DNA from: an uncultured Aquificales bacterium
GTDB taxonomy: Bacteria; Thermosulfidibacterota; Thermosulfidibacteria; Thermosulfidibacterales; Thermosulfidibacteraceae
Assembly: GCA_964411615.1 (NCBI GenBank)
Contig: CAYPLO010000016.1
Span: 1-28,162 of the forward strand
Direction: 5' to 3'
Length of the DNA: 28,162 nucleotides
The translations under genes and the position numbers were made by a program. The notes beneath the pieces are model-generated. The model ran no database searches and was not told the origin of the DNA. It worked only from the letters and a program-made list of their open reading frames with translations. Positions within the stretch are counted from its first letter, which is position 1. Each line of letters starts with the position of its first letter. Shown piece by piece: positions 23,977 to 28,162 of this stretch.

Positions 23977-25235
23977 CCTGCCAGCACGGAGAAGAAGCCG
24001 GGATATGATATATCAACCCATTGGGCCTCCTCTATCTCCACCCCTTCACGGGAGATGAGCCCAGCAATGGCAAGGGTCATGGCAATCCTGTGGTCCCCAT
24101 GGCTGTGGCACAGCCCTCCCCTTATTGAACACGGGCCCCTTATAACCATCCCCTCCTCCAGCTCCTCAATATCAACCCCTATCCGGGAAAGCTCCGCAAC
24201 GGTGGTCCTTATCCTGTCGCTCTCCTTCACCCTCAGCTCGGACGCCTCCACAACCACACTCTCCCCCTCAGCCCTTGAGGCCACCAGGGCAAGAAGCGGA
24301 ACCTCATCTATCAACCTGGGAAGCAGCTTTCCATCTATCCTGAATGGGGCAAGGTGGGGGCTGTACCTTGCGGCAATCACCCCCACAGGCTCACCAAGCC
24401 TGGTGGAGACCACCTCCCACTCCACATGTGCCCCCATGTCCTTAAGCACCTCAAGAAAGCCGATTCTTGTGGGATTCAGAAGGACATCCTCCACCACCAC
24501 CTCAGAATCGGGCACGAGAACTGCAGCGGCCACCCAGTAGGCGGCAGAGGAGGGGTCTCCCGGAACCTCAAGTTCAAAACCCTCAAAGGATGCTGGCTCC
24601 ACCTCCACCCTCAACCCCTCCACCCTCACCGGAACCCCAAGGGCAGAGAGCATCCTCTCGGTGTGGTCCCTGCTCTTAGAAGGCTCAACCACCACGGTTT
24701 TTCCTTCAGCCCTCAGTCCTGCAAGAAGGACAGCCGATTTCACCTGGGCACTGGCCACAGGGGTATGGTACTCAATACCCCGAAGCTCTCCTCCCTCAAC
24801 CCCCAAGGGAAGCCACCTACCGCCCCTGGCCATAAATCTCGCCCCCATCTTATGCAAAGGCTTCAAGACCCTGTCCATGGGCCTTCTCCTCAAAGACGCA
24901 TCCCCTGTGATGAAGAAGGTGAAGGGATATCCAGCCAGAAGCCCACACAGCAGCCTGGCGGTGGTTCCGGAGTTTCCCGCATCAAGCACATCATCGGGCT
25001 CCTCAAGCCCTCCCACCACCCTGAATCCGCCCTCCACCTCCTCAAAAACCACCCCGCATCTGGCAAGACAGTCCCTGGTGCTCTCACAGTCCCTCGACCT
25101 TAAAGGATTGAGGACCAGAGAGGCCCCCCTGGCAACGGCAGCCAGCATATAGGCCCTGTGGGTTATGGACTTATCGGAAGGCACCCTGAGCCTTCTCACA
25201 AAGGGCTTCTCAGCCGGAGACACCTTCACCCTCAT
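23973..25235 (-). CDS. aroA: 3-phosphoshikimate 1-carboxyvinyltransferase (class II EPSPS)
   Basis: Motifs DKSITHR, GNSGTTARL, SAQVKS, RDHTE, KESDR and DHRIAM. Start ATG 25235. Confidence 0.97.
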   Translation of the reverse strand: MRVKVSPAEKPFVRRLRVPSDKSITHRAYMLAAVARGASLVLNPLRSRDCESTRDCLARCGVVFEEVEGGFRVVGGLEEPDDVLDAGNSGTTARLLCGLLAGYPFTFFITGDASLRRRPMDRVLKPLHKMGARFMARGGRWLPLGVEGGELRGIEYHTPVASAQVKSAVLLAGLRAEGKTVVVEPSKSRDHTERMLSALGVPVRVEGLRVEVEPASFEGFELEVPGDPSSAAYWVAAAVLVPDSEVVVEDVLLNPTRIGFLEVLKDMGAHVEWEVVSTRLGEPVGVIAARYSPHLAPFRIDGKLLPRLIDEVPLLALVASRAEGESVVVEASELRVKESDRIRTTVAELSRIGVDIEELEEGMVIRGPCSIRGGLCHSHGDHRIAMTLAIAGLISREGVEIEEAQWVDISYPGFFSVLAG

Positions 25236-25326
25236 ACCACACCCCTGTACAGAGACTAACAAAACATCTACAGCAGAGCGGCCCTATGGACAACCACCAA
25301 GACCAGTGGTAAAAACTCAACGTAGA

Positions 25327-25590
<264 letters not shown>

Positions 25591-25605
25591 TGGTGCTTGA
25601 GGGCA

Positions 25606-25893
25606 ATGAAGGTTCCGGATAGAGCCGAGATAGAGAGGATACTTGAGGAGATAAAGGAGCCGGAGACGGGGGTCTCCATAAAGGAGATGGGTATAGTCAA
25701 AGCTGTAGATTACGTTCCGAACAGCAAAAGGCTTGTAATCTACGTTGACTTCAAATCCCGGATGCCCTCATGCGTGGCCTGCGTGCCGATAGCCTGGAAG
25801 ATACAGGAGAGCATAATCAGAAGACTGATAGAAGCGTTCAAGCGCTACGAAGACGTGAAAGAGGTGGTTATAAAAGAGTTCCAAAGGGTATGA
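25606..25893 (+). CDS. DUF59/SufT-like (FeS assembly P domain) small protein with CxxC
   Basis: L..I.EPETGVSI.EMGIV resembles DPE.G.SIV.LGLV; PSCVAC sits at the conserved Cys position. ATG 25606 follows GAGG. Confidence 0.7.
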   Translation: MKVPDRAEIERILEEIKEPETGVSIKEMGIVKAVDYVPNSKRLVIYVDFKSRMPSCVACVPIAWKIQESIIRRLIEAFKRYEDVKEVVIKEFQRV

Positions 25894-26786
25894 TGGCAGC
25901 CCTTACTCTGCTTGTCCTGCTGTTCGCCATTCCTGTAGCCCATGGAGGGTGCATAGAAGACTTCTCCCGCAACCTCGCCCAAAGACTGAAGGCCAGCGAG
26001 AAGGTGGCTGTAAGTGCCATCTACGATGGAGAAAATTTTTATACAACAGCCTACGGCAACCTGCTGAGGGATATCCTTGTAGCAAACCTTGTCAGAAATA
26101 ACGTAAAAGTGGTGCCGCGCAAGGACCTGATGGTGGTGATGGAAGACGTGGAGGCCTACGGCAACGGGAACCTCCTCGGTGGGCTGAAGGCAGAGGTGGT
26201 GGTTGTGGGATGCTACTACAAGGATACACAGGCAGGCAGGACAGAACTGGTCTTGAAGGCCGTAAGGGTAAAGGACAGGAAGATACTATGGGCATCAACC
26301 TGTTCCATGAAGGTTAAAAGTGGCCATATGAGGCTTATGGTCAGAACCTACACAAATGTAAGGGAAAAGACAGAAGCCTTTGCCTCATCAATTCCCCTGA
26401 AGGCCCACCTCAACAAGACCTGCTTCCTTCCAGGAGACAGGGCACAGATAAACATTGAAACAAGAGCCGGGGTCTATCTTTACATATTCAACATCGCCGC
26501 CGACGGCAGGGTATCCACAATCCTTCCCAACCCCGTATTCCCAGAGTCTCCCCTGTCCTCAGGCAGTCTGGTCTTCCCGCCTCCATCACAGAAGGCCGTT
26601 GCCCTCGTCATGACCCCGTATCTGGGAAGGAGCCTTGCCTATGAGAGCTTCAGGGTGGTAGCATCCGAAAAGAGGCTGGATATAGAAGAGGTAAACACCG
26701 TCAGTAAGTTGAACCAGCTCTTAAAAGCCGCCCATCGGGTAAGGTGGGTGGAACTCCCATACCTTGTGGGGGAAGGGTGCCGATGA
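25890..26786 (+). CDS. Exported protein, FlgO/CsgG-like N-terminal domain plus DUF4384-like C-terminal domain
   Basis: Hydrophobic signal ending AHG. N-domain pattern VVPRKDL..VMED...VVVG.Y...ELVLKAVRVKD.KILWA; C-domain pattern GD.AQI.IE...YLYIFNIAADG.V..ILPN. ATGA overlap with the upstream gene. Confidence 0.7.
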   Translation: MMAALTLLVLLFAIPVAHGGCIEDFSRNLAQRLKASEKVAVSAIYDGENFYTTAYGNLLRDILVANLVRNNVKVVPRKDLMVVMEDVEAYGNGNLLGGLKAEVVVVGCYYKDTQAGRTELVLKAVRVKDRKILWASTCSMKVKSGHMRLMVRTYTNVREKTEAFASSIPLKAHLNKTCFLPGDRAQINIETRAGVYLYIFNIAADGRVSTILPNPVFPESPLSSGSLVFPPPSQKAVALVMTPYLGRSLAYESFRVVASEKRLDIEEVNTVSKLNQLLKAAHRVRWVELPYLVGEGCR

Positions 26787-28075
26787 AAAGGATTGTGGCG
26801 ATTATGGCAGTGGTTGTATTCAGTACAGCTATGGCCCAATCTCCCACAGAAGTGCTAAAAGCGGGCTTTGAAAAGTTCAACAGCGGAGACATAAAGGGAG
26901 CCATAAAGTACTTCACAAAAGCCATAGAATTGGACCCAACACTTTCGGTAGCCTACACAAACAGAGGAGTATGCCACGCCATACTGGGCAACTGGGACAA
27001 GGCAGCAGACGACCTGAGCAGGGCCGTTGAGCTGGACCCAACGAACTCCTTCGCCTACTTCCACTTAGCCTATGTGCTGAACCAGATGGGGATGGTGCAG
27101 GAAGCCTACCAGATGCTCTACTTAGCCCTCCAGTATGACCCACAGGTAATGATTAAAAGGGGCTCCTACCTTTCGGCACCGGTGGCTCCAGTGGTGAAGC
27201 GGTTCTATGCCATGGAGTACATATTCGCATCAAGCTATCTGCCTGCCCCCGCCCAGTACATGGCAATGGCCAACAGTATCATCTCCCAACCAGCCCCCAA
27301 AGCACAGCCTCCCCAAAAGCAGACAACGACCATGGAAAGTAAGCCTGAAAAGAAAAGAGAACCCGAGAAACGGTGCGTTCCAGCCTACCCCAACAGGTAT
27401 ATGATGGCTGTGGTGGTATGGAAGTACGAAAGCCTCTCCCCACTTGATTTCGCCAAAAGGGACATCCCTTTAATAGAGAGGCTGGCCACCTGCTACATGG
27501 GTATACCGAAGAGGAACTTCACACTCCTTGAAAATCCCTCCATAGGCAGACTCAGAAGGGAACTGAGGAGATTTGCATCCAGAGTGGACAAAAGGGATGC
27601 GGTGGCCGTGTTCTACTACTCAGGGCACGGTATAGTGGATACAAAGGGAGAACTGTTCCTCCTTCCCCGGGACGCTTCGGTGGAGACGGAGGAAGACCTG
27701 AAGGAGACGGCCCTTCCCCTCACGGAGCTCAAAGAGAAGCTGTCAAGGGCCAAAGGGATGAAGCTGGCCATGATAGACGCCTGCAGGGTGAAGGTGCCCT
27801 GGAAGCCTGCGGTGCTCTTCATCAGAAAGAAGGAAAAAGAGAAGGATATGGCTGTGCTCTTTTCAACAGCTCCAGGCAAGATAAGCATGGGCAAGGAGTC
27901 ATCGGTGTTCCTATCGGTGCTTTACAGGATGGCCTCAAGGGGTATAGAGAACCTTGACATGGACGGCTCAGGATACGTGGAGCTGAAAGAGCTGATAAGA
28001 CCATTAAGAGTCCAGGTCAAAAAGGCCCCCATGAACCAGCAGATACCCGAAGCCACCGGCACCCCCCGACTTTGA
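26783..28075 (+). CDS. Exported TPR-repeat protein with a C-terminal caspase (peptidase C14) domain
   Basis: Signal peptide MKRIVAIMAVVVFSTAMA; about three TPRs (AIELDP...AYTNRG...AVELDP); Pro/Lys/Gln linker; catalytic YYSGHG and IDACR; EF-hand-like DMDGSGYVELKE. Confidence 0.88.
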   Translation: MKRIVAIMAVVVFSTAMAQSPTEVLKAGFEKFNSGDIKGAIKYFTKAIELDPTLSVAYTNRGVCHAILGNWDKAADDLSRAVELDPTNSFAYFHLAYVLNQMGMVQEAYQMLYLALQYDPQVMIKRGSYLSAPVAPVVKRFYAMEYIFASSYLPAPAQYMAMANSIISQPAPKAQPPQKQTTTMESKPEKKREPEKRCVPAYPNRYMMAVVVWKYESLSPLDFAKRDIPLIERLATCYMGIPKRNFTLLENPSIGRLRRELRRFASRVDKRDAVAVFYYSGHGIVDTKGELFLLPRDASVETEEDLKETALPLTELKEKLSRAKGMKLAMIDACRVKVPWKPAVLFIRKKEKEKDMAVLFSTAPGKISMGKESSVFLSVLYRMASRGIENLDMDGSGYVELKELIRPLRVQVKKAPMNQQIPEATGTPRL

Positions 28076-28162
28076 CAGTTGCTTTTTTAAAAATTCTTTT
28101 GTTTCATATAGATGTACAGTGTTTTAAAATTGAGTGGTTATGCTCCTATAGGGTGCTTTTCC

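Noticed and set aside
7878..24540. Long antisense ORFs (e.g. 7878-9005, 14849-15832, 23311-24540)
   Set aside because: They are shadows of well-supported minus-strand genes, with Pro/Leu/His-rich composition and no motifs.
25890..25952. Lipoprotein lipobox at AHGGC
   Set aside because: H-G-G-C is a poor match to [LVI][ASTVI][GAS]C; signal peptidase I cleavage after AHG is as likely.
26783..28075. TPR-CHAT/Craspase-type CRISPR-associated protease
   Set aside because: The motifs are C14-type (SGHG/DACR), the protein has a signal peptide, and no cas genes or array are visible.

Overview
Densely coding bacterial chromosome segment. The AGG/ATA-rich codons, Lys/Glu-rich proteins and Fe-S enzyme content suggest an anaerobic thermophile (inference; the taxon cannot be fixed from this window). 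From left to right: tRNA-Leu(TAG), then a decayed HEPN gene missed by the ORF track and its intact MNT partner; a minus-strand class-V aminotransferase-serA-hisZ-purA operon; a divergent S58/NylC-like hydrolase; and a 13.5-kb tightly coupled minus-strand run of TPS/TPP, DUF5752-like, treT, bioA, tyrS, DUF4416-like, comM/yifB, acyl-CoA ligase, two 2-hydroxyacyl-CoA dehydratase subunits and their activase. A pentaheme cytochrome c, recG and aroA follow. The window ends with a plus-strand accessory cluster: a Zn-ribbon ORF carrying a perfect (GA)20 tract, a DUF59-like CxxC protein, an exported FlgO-like/DUF4384-like protein and an exported TPR-caspase with an EF-hand-like loop. The best candidates for undescribed systems are the (GA)20/TPR-caspase cluster and the ligase-dehydratase-activase cassette. 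All family calls come from motifs recognised by eye, not from database searches.
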